Below, one piece after another: positions 26,001 to 39,300 of a DNA stretch of 64,000 nt. A program made the translations under genes and the position numbers. The DNA is from Amphiscolops sp. MND2022 (lineage: Eukaryota). Within the stretch, counting starts at the first letter, position 1. Each line of letters starts with the position of its first letter. Below the pieces are notes generated by a model, which was given only the letters and a program-made list of their open reading frames with translations, did no database searches and was not told the origin of the DNA. Location: positions 80,848,001 to 80,912,000 of the forward strand of contig OZ076410.1 of NCBI GenBank assembly GCA_964187785.1, given 5' to 3'.

Positions 26001-27730
26001 TTTGTCATCCGAGAAAAAACTTTTCAATCAAAGCAAAAGGACTTTTCAAACACCCAAGTAACGCTGCTAAGAAACTACTCAACGAGCCAGCAAGAGTATC
26101 AAATACTGCCGTAATTTGTGGAACAGCAACGAATTCGAAAAATGAACGGTTGGTAGCTGCTTCAGGAAAGGTTTTCATCGAGGAATGACGTTTTATTTTC
26201 GAAAGCTTTCGTTAAAAAAATTTATTCCATTAGGTGTATTTTGAAAAGTTTCAAAGCAAAACAGTTTTCACTTTTTGTAATCGTGGTGATTTGGAAAAAT
26301 TGAAAAATTGTAACAAAACTACTCATTTGAAAAAAGCGGGAAAATTTGAAGAGAAGTTTGGAAAGCACAATAAAAATGACATAGAAGAAGCATTTACACT
26401 ATCATCTGGAAATCAAAATACGAGCATTCAAGTCTTCTCTACTTTCGTCAAGTTTTCTAGTAACTTGGGTAGTGATTTCGTTGTGAATCATCCTCGCAGT
26501 CTCTATGGTAATTTTACTGTTTTCTCTACTGTTTGTATTAATCAGAAACCTAAAGTCCTCGCTTGTAGGATTAGACGTTTGAAGTCCGTTGAACTCAAGG
26601 CCTCCTTCAATTTCTCTTTCACCTGACTGACAGTCTAGGTCATTTCTAGAGTAATTTCCCAACATTTCATCCATATTTTCTAAGTCGGCCATCACGTCCG
26701 ATTGTCTAGACTACTTCTCCTTAGCCTTCCGATTTTTTGTTGAGGGCATTTGAAAAGTTCACTGCTCAAGAAAGATTATATTCGAGCTTTTATTCGTGAA
26801 CTAAGTTTGAACTGAGAGAAAAAAGCAAAACAGAATGAGAACTTAGTAAACAAATTGTGTCTACTGGTTTGTAGCGTCGTATTCAAAGTTGTGTCCTCCG
26901 GAATACGGGGACCAGCTATTTATAACAATTGGTGCACTACTAGCAAAATTATGTTGATCATGTTTTTAAAAATAGTAACTAATTTGGGCTGACGCAACTT
27001 TACATCACTATTAGGTCATGTCTAAAAATAGCATCGGTTGGGCCCTGAATCTATAAATCGAATGAGGCGACTGGAAGGCGGTCTTCCTGTCAAGCTATAT
27101 AGAAAACAATTTGAATGACAAGCACTTGTTTACTTAATACTTTATGTAAGAGTAATACAGCATGGCGGACTGGTAGTCCGCTTGACTAATAAATGTTAGC
27201 AAACACAGCATATTGGACTGGTGGTCCAAGCGGCTACAGGACTCTAGCACGTGATTAGACAATAATCATCAGGGACAGCGCGTCGAGTTGACTGGGGTAA
27301 TTTTCACTTCGACCGCGTTTCTTTTATTGCATACTTGTTCAGTTAGTTTTTGTTTAGAATATTAAACTGTAAGGCAACAACAGTTCGTTTCTTGATTACA
27401 TTAACACTAAAATGGACTACATGTCTAACAACAATAATCTAAAACAACATACATATAGAATAATAATTCAAGTCTAGGAAGTTTAAGATAAAAAGACCGA
27501 CGGTCCTGCGTTTACAATCGTAGGACTCCGGATATGAAGGGTAGAGTGCTGTCGTTAGAGGCTACTTGGTATCGTTTACCGTCACAAGCGGCAGCCTGAG
27601 ACACTCCCCAGGGGACGAGAATAATTAAGCACACCAGCATTCCTGCTTGGAAGGCATTTCTTCTTCGCAGTCGTGTGTGGTAGGACTCAGCGTCAATAAA
27701 ATGTCTGCTCCAAAACACTGAGTGGAATTA
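23044..27730. repeat. Tandem segmental duplication, copy 2, with two internal deletions
   Basis: About 95% identical by eye to 17365-23043. Lacks ~270 bp (equivalent to ~20355-20625) and ~715 bp (equivalent to 21021-21735). Confidence 0.92.
24103..25002 (+). pseudogene. Pseudogenised duplicate of PAN-CTL exons 1-2
   Basis: CGA>TGA stop at 24250-24252 and a frameshift right after it. An 8 nt deletion (acagaact) near 24935 shifts exon 2. Splice sites are retained (acceptor 24766-24767, donor 25003). Confidence 0.85.
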
Positions 27731-28662
27731 TTTTATCGTATTGAATGACCTTCCACACACATAGCAATCCCCATGTTCTACTAGATTTGGTTCGCCACAT
27801 GTGTTGCTGGTCCTCACAGCTACTCCCGTTATGTGGGCATTGTCAGGCCAATAGGGGAACTGGTCATCTGACCATGGGTTGTTGATTTACTGATATTTGG
27901 GCCTTGTTAACCTGTTTCATGTATAGGTGGTGACTGGGGCCTATCGGAAATAGGTTCCAATTGGCTGCATTGGGCAATTGGTTGTTGACTAAGCGGCATA
28001 AAGTTTAAAGCGAGGGGCCCTGACCTGAGACTAGATCAATCAAATTACTAGGCAGATAATTTCCTTCTGAGGACCAAGGGCCATACAGGACTTCAGGGAT
28101 GGACAAATCAAACATCCTTATGGTTCGGTTGTCATGAATAACTCAACTACTGTTTGTGGCTCAAAAAGCTGTGTCTTCCTGTAACAATCCAGTACCTCTA
28201 TGTCCTGTCCCGGTCACCTTCGTCCCCAGATGTTTGGGATGGGTCATCAACAGCCATCCTTTCATTCGACGATAGGTAACTTAGACTAACAATTGGTTGA
28301 ATGAAATCATCAACAGTGAACTGGAGAGCCATTTCCAATTTGTATTTTTCCAGAGGCAGTTTTTTGGCAATTGTTGAAAGTATTCGTGATTAACTGATTT
28401 GTAATTCGAAACGAGAGTTAATGAAAGTTTCAGTCAAAAAGGCTTCAGGTCGAAATTCATAAATTTCGCAGGAGATCCCGGTGGGAGTTTTACCCGCGAA
28501 TTCTTCCGACTTCCCTTTGTCTTTCCCATTTAGGCAAGTTTCCTTCTTGCCACGCATTTTGATGGAGCGTCGCTTCTCTAGTTGATAAATCCTTGAGGAC
28601 GCTTCAAGTATTCACCTTCATTGCTAGAGAGATGTTGATAACCAGGCAGAGTGTTTATCATC
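26420..28662 (-). mobile_element. Ty3/Gypsy 5' fragment, copy B, with ~1.1 kb of upstream accessory ORF
   Basis: Gag start 26402-26750, PBS 26896-26914, LTR-like region to ~27480, decayed ORF 27500-28560. Confidence 0.85.
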
Positions 28663-30959
28663 GTCTCTGGGACCCTCATCTAGTCCCCCGGACCGGTGGT
28701 CCAAATGGCTAGAATGGTCTTCAGGGCTCCTGTCTAGTCTACTGGACTGATGGTCCCTCGTGGTATTTAATCCCGATTTTTGAACTCCTAGCACATTCTG
28801 AATACTGGAATGCCCCTTTTCAGCAATTGCTGAATTTATAACATCCAAAATAAGAGCATTCAAGTCTTCCCTAGTTTCGTCAACTTTTCTAGTAACTTGG
28901 GTAGTGATTTCGTTGTTAATCATCCTTGCAGTCTCCATGGTAATTTTACTGTTTTCTCTACTATTTGTATTATTCAGAAACCTAAAGTCCTAGCTTGTGG
29001 GATTACCCGTTTGTAGTTCGTTGGACTCAAGGCATCCTTCAGTTTCTCCTTCACCTGACTGACAGTCTAGGTCATTTCTAGAGTAACTTCCTAACATTTT
29101 ATACATATTTTCTAAAATGGACATCACGTTCGATTGTCTAGATTACTTCTCCTTAGCCTTCCGTTTTTTTGTTGAAGGCATTTGAAAAGTTCACTGCTCA
29201 AGAAAGATTATATTCGAGCTTTTATTTGTGAACTAAGTTTGAACTGAGAGAAAAAAGCAAAACAGGATAAGAACTTAGGAAACAAATTGTGTCTACTGGT
29301 TTGTAGCGTCGTATTCAAAGTTGTGTCCTCCGGAATGCGGGGACCAGCTATTTATAACAATTGGTGCACTACTAGCAAAATTATGTTGATCATGTTTTTA
29401 AAAATAGTAACTAATTTGGGCTGACGCAACTTTACATCACTATTAGGTCATGTCTAAAAATATCGGTTGGGCCCTGAATCTACAAATCGAATGAGGAGAC
29501 TGGAAGGCGGTCTGCCTGTCAAGCTATATAGAAAACAATTTGAATGACAAGCACTTGTTTACCTAATACTTTTTGTAAGAGTAATACAGCATCCCGGACT
29601 GGTAGTCCGCTTGACTAATAAATGTTAGCAAACACAGCATATTGGACTGGTGGTCCAAGCGGCTAGAGGACTCTAGCACGTGATTGGTCAAAAATCATCA
29701 GGGACAGCGCGTCGAGTTGACTGGAGTAATTTTCACTTCGACCGCGTTTCTTTAATTGCATACTTGTTTAGTTAGTTTTTGTTTAGAATATCAAACTGTA
29801 AGGCAACAACAATTCATTTATTGATTACATTAACACTAATATGGACTACATGGGGCTACTTGGTATCGTTTACCGTCACAGGCGGCAGCCTCTGACACAC
29901 CCCAGGGGACGAGAATAATTGAGCACATCAACATTCTTGCATGAAAGGCATTTCTTCTTCGCAGTCGTGTGTGATAGGACTCAGCGTCAATATAATGTGT
30001 GCTCCAAAAAACTGAGTGTAATTATTTCATCGTATTGAATGACCTTAAACACACATAGCAATCCCCATGTTCTACTAGATTTGGTTCGCCACATGTCCTG
30101 CTGGTGCTCACAGCTACTCCCGTTATGTGGGCATTGTCGGGCCAATAGGCGAACTGGTCGTCTGACCATGGGTTGTTGATGTTACTGATATTTGGGCATT
30201 GTTCACTTGGTTCATGTATAGGTGGTGACTGGGGCGTATCGGAAATGGGTTCCAATTGGCTGCATTGGGCAATTGGTTGTTGACTAAGCGGTATGAAGTT
30301 TCAAGCGAGGGGCCCTGACCTGAGACTAGATCAACCAAATCACTAGGCGGATAATTTCCTTCTGAGGACCAAGAGCCAGGACTTCAGGGATGGACAAATC
30401 ATCAAGACATCCTGATGGTTCGGTTGTCATGAATTTCTCAGCAACAGATTGTGGCTCAAAAAAACTGTGTCTCCCTATAACAATCCAGTACCTCTATGTC
30501 GTTGTCGCGGTCACCTTCGTCCCCAGAGGTTTGGGATGGGTCATCAACAGCCATCCTTTCATTCGACGATAGGTAACTTAGACTAACAATTGGTTGAATT
30601 AAATCATCAACAGTGAACTAGAGAGCCATTTCCAAGTTGTATCTTTCCAAAGGCAGTTTTTTGGCAATTGTTGAAAGTATTCGTAAGTAACTGATTTGTA
30701 ATTCGAAACGAGAGTCAATGAAAGTTTCAGTCAAGAAAGATTCAGGTCGAAATTTATAAAATTCGCAGGAGAGCCCGGCGGGGGTTTTACCCGCGAATTC
30801 TTCCGACTTTCCTTTGTCTTTCCCATTTAGGCAATTTTCCTTCTTGCCACGCATTTTTATGGAGCGTCGCTTCTCTAAATGATAAATCCTTGAGGACGCT
30901 TCAAGTATTCACCTTTAATGCTAGAGAGATGTTGATAGCCAGGCACAGTGTTTATCATC
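28663..30959 (-). mobile_element. Ty3/Gypsy 5' fragment, copy C, head-to-tail with copy B
   Basis: Shares the right boundary gtgtttatcatc with copy B (28651-28662 vs 30948-30959). Gag ORF 28624-28938, PBS 29328-29346, ~135 bp deletion at ~29852. Confidence 0.85.
29870..30860 (-). pseudogene. Decayed accessory ORF of the Gypsy family, function unknown
   Basis: Fragments 30618-30854, 30123-30338 and 29987-30169. Cys/His/aromatic C-terminal part (DMWRTKSSRTWG..FKVIQYD..LTLSPITHDCEEEMPF..LFSSPGVCQRLPPVTVNDTK). Homologs at 27500-28560, 22810-23040, 43810-43910 and 63800-64000. Confidence 0.55.
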
Positions 30960-31959
30960 ATTAGTTCTTGGTCAACAAAAATCTTCACAGACTGGCGGTA
31001 CGCGTGGCTACTACTGACCAGCCAATCAGGTTTTGCCTAAGTATGGAGAAGATAATTCTGAATGAAATAGTGAAAGATGAAGGAAATTTGTGAAATTTTG
31101 AAAATTTGGGTCGCTATTGAGTGAAATAGCGCAATAACACGACAGGGAAAATCAATTAGGCTGTGTACTTCACTTCCTGTTTCGGTAACACAAAATAAGT
31201 GTGATAATTGTTTAATAAAATTCATTGTAAAAAAGTAATACATGAAAACTTGTTATTGATGCGGATTAAGCAACGACATCCATTGGGACTTAAGTAAATG
31301 TGCGTCTCAGAGATGAAATGCAATCTGTGTGTAGTACAGTCTACTGTACCAGTGGTCTAATTACACTTAACTTAACCTACCATCGATTGAGTTTGAGTCA
31401 ACTGTAACTGAGTAGAAAGTTATGTAAACCAGTGATCAGCAGTCGTTTGAATCGCACTTGTATTCCTATCAACTTTTGAATTGATTTGTGATCACATTAC
31501 TGGACATTTAGTTCTTCCTGTTTAATAATTTCCTGCCATCAAAGTGTTAACCCTACCCTCTTTTTGACTAAACAATTCTTGCTAGATGCGAAATAACTAT
31601 TGCACCGGACAGCACCCTACTGTGCAGCAAGTGCACTTTTCTTTTCGTCCTCACAAGCTGCCGTCCTTCAACGCGGTTATAAATCTAGCAATCAATTGAA
31701 ATTGGCAGTTCATTAGCAGTTTCCCGGGGTATCAATTCTGGTCTTACGTCATAGAGATCCCATCAGTGTGGTTCTTTAAGTTGTTAAAAGTAAGCTTGAT
31801 CAGGGCTCTCTATTATCGAAGTACTTCCTCCATCGTGAAATGAAAACACGTCGCAGGAACGTGTTGCATATAACTTACTTCCGGAAGCTTTCTGGAGCGG
31901 CGAGATGGATCAATTTGCAGGAAGTGAACAACGATTATTCAAATCTTTTCGTTTAGATA

Positions 31960-34900
31960 ATGCTAATTTTTTCTCGTTTATATAATCTCGTTAGCTCTGG
32001 TTGCCTCAGTTCGTCTACTAGCAGCCTGAGTGAGAGCAGCGGACTACAAGTCTTACCAACCGAAACGGTAAGCAGTGTACCAGCAGCTATTCCGACTGCT
32101 GAAGACCCACCGGCCATTACTCAGCTGAGCGAGGATTTGCAGGGAGCAGCTCAGTTTGATCAAATTGGACTCCCAACTACACACAGGGCAGTAGAGGCGA
32201 CCGTCCTAGGCGTCGTACAGTATGCTAGCAGCAATAGTTCTGAGTAAAGCTGCGGTGCCTACTTTGACAGGCAAGTTGCGCTGATTGAAGGAGTTCTACC
32301 TCCGGGACTACTGTTGAGGCCAACGAAACTGAGTCCCAAGAAAGCGTGAGTGAGCAAATGGTCATCAACACAGCTTCTCCGTTAAGTCCCCCTCATCAAA
32401 CCATAGCAGCAGAGACAGGGGTGTCCCCGATGGACCAAGAAACCTCTGAGCCTGCTGGGCCAAAAAACCAAGCTCTGCCTCAAATTTCCAGCCTTAGTCC
32501 CACTATACAAGCCCTAGAATCTCTAGTCACTTTACCCCATTGTTCAATAGACCACAGAGGTTCCAAACCTAAAAGTCAAAATGCCAGAAGTACCATTGCG
32601 GACACAGTTCCTCAAGACGATTTGCAGGACCATCAGCGGCATATGCCTTCAACCAGCACAGCTCTGACTTCGTCGCCGCTGACGTCTAATAGCCCTGAAC
32701 GAGTTACTCATTTGCCACCGCCCACTTCCTTTAGTGATGTCGATGAGGTGCGTGAAACTGAATTCGAGTCCGATGTTTACGTTCGATCGACCATGGAAGA
32801 CGCTTTAGTTTCCCCTAGGAAGTTTCCATCACAACCACTTGGTGAGATTTCTAGTGACATTTCATGCAATACGTCTCCAGTTAGGGAGTTTGGACCAGAG
32901 CCTCTGTTTAGCAGTAACCGTGCACTGATCAGGCAGTTCTTTACTGAATTTACAACCATCTGCCTCCCACAGGGATATCCGACCATAGCACTTACTGAAG
33001 GCCAAATTTGCAGCAACCTCGAAGCAGTTGCAAATGAAAGAGCTCGGGTCTCATTCAAAATGCTTACTAGTGTGGTTGAGAAACCTAGTTTGGTAGTAGA
33101 CTAAACCTTGGTAAAAGTTCTCACTGTCGGAATCCCTGTCCAAGATCAGCTGAGGTCAATCCACTGTTGCCACTGACTCCGAACCCAAATAGCCCACAAA
33201 AAGAGTCTTCCACATCTCGGGCGGACTTCACGAGTGACATGTCCCAGAGTGATGGCGGCGCTAGTTCAAGCACTCGGACACCGGGGTATCCACCAAGTCT
33301 AGCGTCAGTAACTCACATTCCTCTTCGCCCCCTGGTAATGGGTATAGTCAGGAGGACTCCCGCTCTCACACTCCACTAACTGCCTGTGGCAGCCGTGGAG
33401 GCCAAACTCTAGCAGCAGTCAAACACGAGGCCATTAGGGATAAACATGAATCCCTACACACCAAACGTCGAGCAACAAGATCCAAAATCCCTCGCAGGAA
33501 AAAAATCTCACAGTGGAAAAATTATGCGCGAAGAATACTTTGAAGGGATAGAGAAGAGTCTTCGTGTCCGAACCTCTGGTCCCAGTGCATAATTCTTATG
33601 AGTTTTACTGCCTAATCTGTAAGTATAACGTATCCATCTACACAAAGGGGCCCAGGGAAGTTCTCAGACACTATTCCTCCGAGAGACACATGAGAAAAGA
33701 TCAGCGTCGGAGGTATGAGTACTTGTCAGTCACTGATACCGTCACTGCGACAGTCAAACATCGAGTTCGGGGCAAAGATTGGACACCATATCAATTAGAA
33801 CTGGAATTGCCAAAGTTCAATAATGCCGTCCTTGTTGACATAGGTGACAAGATGCCTTGCTACGGAAACTACATGGCTGGGCAGCAAAATGTCGTCACTT
33901 CCCCCGATAGCAGGGTCGAGTCCAATTATCTGTGCTTGGTTCTTTGCTCCCAGTCTTTGGTAACAAATCCGTTTTCCGTGGACTCTGGAGCAATTTTATA
34001 ATTGTCATGGGACATGAGGCCTCCTTCTTTGGATTCAATTTGGGAAAATAACGTCTTTCGGTGAGTGTTCTAGCTTCGTCTGGGAGACCTCTAAACCATA
34101 ATATACTAAATCAGCACTATATTCCTAAAACGTCTCAATTTTAAATGACTCGCGGTAATCACTTTCGGATTGTTTCAGGTGATGTTTCACCACTTGTTCC
34201 AACAGCTAGTAGAAGACATCGGGACCCAAGTTGTAGCCAGTGGGCTTTATTCCGTAGACTTTGAGCAGCTAGGAAATCTAGTCTACCTACACGTGACGTT
34301 TTGGAAAGGACTCTAATTGTGCAGAGTGTCTCTGTTACGAACTGGACGAAGCACCGGCCAAACTTCCCTAGAGATTCGCCTCCTTTCCGTGTTATTGTCT
34401 CAATCTCCTGTAAGGCCCAACTGGTCTGCTGTCCCGGATGTCCTTCCTCAAACTCATTGATGTCTTCCTTCTGTTCAAGCACGGAGTTCAATGCATCAAC
34501 CAGTTCGACTATCTTTCAGTCGCTAAACCTATGCACAAACAAAGTTACAGCGTGTTTGGCCGCATGGATTTTTTTCCGTGATGCAACACATTGCATCGCG
34601 TACGAGTGGACTCTGATGGCTCCTGAATTGACCAAGGTATGCACCCTTTTGTAATTTCTAGGTCTAGAACCTCACGGGTCCTAATTCTCTTCCTGCTTCC
34701 TAATTCCGAAGCTTGCAATTTCGACGTGGTCAATCTCCCTACCATCAGTCATGGGTTACTCAGCACCTGGACAGAGTTAATCAACTACTTGTCAAACTTT
34801 GCGACGTCTTAAGAGACGCAATACATGAAGAAGATGGTTAGTAACTCGTTTACGTCCTCCCAGGTCCGTAATCCTTACAAATGAACAAGATATCCCTTCT

Positions 34901-36290
34901 ATTCCAGCCACCGCATCTGGAATGGGCAATAGTCTTTAACGAGTTCCTTCCTACCCGAAATTGGAGCTTGTCTCAAAGCTAGTCCGCGATTGTTACTAAT
35001 CCTTCTGTGTTGCCTGCTTCTGAACTGTAGTCAGCTTAAGTGCATGAGTAATTGTTTGGTTCTAGATACTTCCAGCTTCAGCGTCAATCTCTTTAGTCGC
35101 TGGGACCGGGGAATCTGTCTCTACAAGGAGTCTTGCCAGTATTTAATGAAGCTTGCCCGGAGGTCCGTCAGTTCAACGAGTCTACCAAGAGAGAACCAAT
35201 TGCCATTAGTCCTTCCCTTCGAGTCCAAGAAAGCTATTGCCCTTCCAGTATATGATTTCTTGGCAACATTGAAACTGGTACAAAACATAATCAGGCCTGC
35301 AAAGTTAAAGTTGAGCGAGAATTGAAAGGAAAAAAGAATGAGGGCTTAAGCCTGGAACTCCTCACCAACCGAAGCAAGGAAGAATTTGGACGACTTGCCA
35401 GGAGTTACATCATCCATATATTCAGTGAGTCGCAGGGACATCTCAGTCTCACGAGTGAAATTGTCCACGGGCTGGGCTCTTTCGACCTGGAGCCGCCGTT
35501 GTCAGGACATCTCGTGTATTCGCTTTGTTGTTTCAAACAGTTGTACTCTCCTGTGACGTAAGTATTTCACCCAAGAACAGGAGTCCCAGTGCCTTGAGGA
35601 GTACAGATTGTTTGTGGAGGAGCTGCGGCAGGTTTATTCTGATATGGCACAGCCTACTTTGTTGATTGCGGACACCGTCAGCTTCTTGATGGAGCAGCCA
35701 AGTCTCCAGGCCTGGAAGTTGCCGTACCGGTTGATTACTTTATCTTGTCTGTGTCTTGATGAGCCTTTCCAAACTTTGCCAGTCGTGAAATTTAATTCCA
35801 ATTGAACAGATGATCCTTCCAGTCGATTAGCCGACATAATTAACCTGTGCAGTTTTACTTCAAGAAATTTCCCCTTGGAATTGATACTCTGTAAAGCCAT
35901 TCTTCTATCACTAAATTCCTGTCTCTTGAAGCCACTTTTGGAGATGAAGCGCTTCGAGACACCTATGACCCATGGCTTTGACCCAGGGATTGTTTCATTC
36001 GGGCAAGCTGGTATTTAGGCACAACTTGATACTGATGAGCCTGGTGCTAGTGCACAAGAGAAAACAACCGTGTCTGAGGCCCCCAGTGCCAGTAGTCAGC
36101 AAAGGAATTTAATTGTTACACAAGTGACGAAACGCTCATCCAACCTGCTGTCAGCAACAGAGCTCACGCATTCTGCAGCAAATTTTCGTGCTTGTGCTAG
36201 TTGTAAACTTCAATTGTACCATATGTACAACTGTCGTTTAGTTTATATTCTGGTTTATATAGAATTGTTTGTAATATTTATTTGTCTGTT
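31960..36290 (+). pseudogene. Long decayed gene: low-complexity N-terminus, C2H2/BED-like zinc finger, helical C-terminus; probably DNA-transposon (hAT-like) derived
   Basis: Collinear + strand fragments 31960-32247, 32346-33104, 33167-33379, 33564-34001, 34301-34654, 34990-35325, 35322-35561 and 35608-35805. Zinc finger FYCLICKYNVSIYTKGPREVLRHYSSERH; donor-like GTGAGT at ~34061. The transposase link is inference. Confidence 0.5.
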
Positions 36291-36399
36291 TTGAGTCTTG
36301 AGTATTGTTGGACTTTCAGCCCTGTCATCAGAATAGTCCTGTTATATTATCTAGTCGTATTTGCCATGAGGTACTAGGTTTACGTATTTGTTTAGTCTC

Positions 36400-39300
36400 C
36401 GTATTAGTCAGTGGAGTTGGGTGTGGGGTTAAGTCTAAGGTTAAATTTTCCTCCTCTAGTACTTCCTTTATCTAGAACAATTTCATCATTTTCACTGTCT
36501 GATACATCTGGCACGATATTTTGCTCCCCCAGACGATTTTTGATCATCTAGGCAATCGTACCCGTAGTGTTAAGAAGATCTTCCAGTAGGGCCGTTGTCG
36601 TCTATTGGGTTTGGGCTAGCGGACCGAGGGTCCGTAATAGTTGTGTCTCGGTCTGGCTGCCCGTTAGCAGCATCAGTGTTTTGCTCAAGTCGGGTGGACC
36701 TGACGTCCACATCAGTAAGAAATTAATCCCACTGACCAAGTTGGTTATGATCACGTTCAACAGAGTTTGTTTATCGAAACTAGGAGTCGGAAAGTACCAA
36801 ATTCTGTTTCCCAAGTGATAACTTATAGGTTGTCTTGAGGGAAAACAATTTCCTCGTCAGGTTGTAAATTTCCTTCTGGGCGCTCGTCCTTTAGAACGAA
36901 CTTTGGCTCGTATTTGCTTAGCCTCATTCGATGTAAAAATTGCGGCTCATTGGAGTTTAGTTTTCTGACCACTTGATTTTCATTCGGTAGGACTTTTTCA
37001 AAGATGTATGGAATTTCCACCTAATTTCACCGAATTTCTTGAGAGTGAGTTTTGGAGCCCTGGTGGTCCGCAATAGGTTGTAGTATGAAGCAATAGTCAT
37101 TTAGTTGTAAAGATGCTGCTTTTGCGTTCTAGTTTTCCAATGATTTGTGGTCGTTTTGTTGTGGGACATTTAATTTGATTACTCAAAGTTTGGACAATTT
37201 CGGCCACCAAATTTGACGCAAAGACTGTTCCTTTGTCAGTGAATAGAGTTGTCGGTAAAAAAGCGTATTTGATCATTATGTCATTGAGGATTTCTGCAGT
37301 CTTTGAGGCTGTTGCGTCTGTAACTGTGTACCCAAAAAGCTATCTTGAAGAAAGACCTCCATAGCAGTATTAATGTTTTCCGCTAATAGCTAGATTTGGT
37401 AACAAGTTGATCTGCATAGCGTCCTCAGGACCCAGGTCCCATTCTGGTAGGTTAACCAGTTCGGGGGTAATGGAGGAATTCGCAATTCTTTTATCCTTAA
37501 TGCATATTTCGCATCCTTGAACCCTTTTTTCGACAAGTTTTGCTATGCCGGGGTAATTATATTTTTGTCTAATTTCAATTAGTTTTTTGAAATTTTTTTA
37601 GAGTTGTTTGCTTTTCAATGAAGCTATTCGAGTAATTCATTTACTCGGTGTATTGGTACTAATATCTGATTGTGCTTCACAGAGCCTGTTTCATTTCAAT
37701 ATTGTCCAGTGAGAATGTCATCGTTAAAGGACAGGCGGTCTATTTGTCTTGCCATAGAAAGGGCTCGGCGTATTCTTCTTTTAGTGTTTTAAATTTTACT
37801 TGTTTCAGTATAAAATCGTTGTTTTGTTCAATGGCTCAATATTGGTTTTGTTTTAACTGTTATTAAGGGTGGTAAATTTTGAAAATGAAATGTCTGGCAT
37901 TTGGTTCGTGGGAGTGTTTTTTGCTTCCTTTTGCTGTATCCATATCTGTTCTTTAGTTTTTTCGTCATCTTTAGTGTGAGAAATCTGTTCCTCCTCTGAG
38001 ACTCCAGCCGATTGGACGTTGAGTTCGATGGGTTCTGTTTGATAACTTCACGGATTCGGAGAATTAATTTTTCTTTCAGAGAGATTCCCATTCCAGACAG
38101 GTAGTCAGCAGCTGTATTGTTTTTGTCAGGAAATTGTGCAATTGTAAAGCTGAATTGAATTACGTAGTCAAACGCATTCGAGAGTGTAGGGGAGTGATTT
38201 TTGTTCGAAAAAATCGTTTGACTGATTTGTTGTCTGTTAAAATGATTACCGGTATTGGGGTACCCCAGAAAATGTGTCCAAAGTCTTTGAAAGCAAAGAA
38301 AATTGCTAAGAATTCCTTCGCATGAGCATTTTCAGTTGGGCGTGTTTGAAGGTCTGGGATCCGAAAGCCACTGGTGCAAAGGCTTTCCTCGTAGATGTAT
38401 TTTTCTCGAGTGAATCATCCTGGATGAGAACTGCATAACCTGCTGTCGTAAAGTTAGCCTCAGTCATGATGGCTATCTGCTTGTCGGGCAGAGGTTGGTT
38501 TAGTGCTAGTTCGCAACATCGGTCAAGAGCATTGTTGATCTCGGTGAAATTTTCCAACAGGTCCGGTGTTACCAGGACGTTTTCTACTTTTGGTAATAGT
38601 TTGAAAAACGGGGTGAGCTTTTCAGAGAACCTTGAACTGTATTTTCGGTAGTAATTGAGGGAACCTATGTATCGTTGAAGTGCTTCTCTGCATTTCGGGA
38701 AATTCGTGTTTTCCAGGACACTTCGGACCCGCGGTCTCTGAGGCTTCACTCCTGCGGGAGTGATGGTACGTCCCAGGAAGTCGATTTGCATCGCACCAAA
38801 GTGGCACTTATGCATGGTCAATTTTAAGCCAGCTTTCTGAATACATTGGAATATGGCCCCAAGGTTTTGGATGTTCAGTTGTTCAGCGTCCTTGGCAGCT
38901 ATACCAAAATCATCAACGTATTGAGCGCATTTGTCAGCTTTTATGACTTTGTCCAAATACTCGCGCATAAATCAAGAAAATTCTGAGAGGGCACGACTAA
39001 GGCCTTGTAGTAATCTGCGATAGGCAAATCATCTGCTAGCAAAATTGAAGGCAAGCATCTCTATGGACGTCTCGTCTGCCATTTGTAGGCAGTGGTAGGC
39101 CTGAGAGCAGTCAAACTTGCAAAAGAGTATCTTTCCAGTCATGTGTGAGCTGCGTTGGTAAGGGTACTGACGGTGTGGGTATTGTTGATAACATTGTCAA
39201 AAATCAAATTGTTGATTTTGCTGAAGTCGACCAAGCGCCTCAGTTTACCATTGGGTTTTTTCGGGGCAACAATTGGGTTTGCATATTGGGTTTGCAACGG

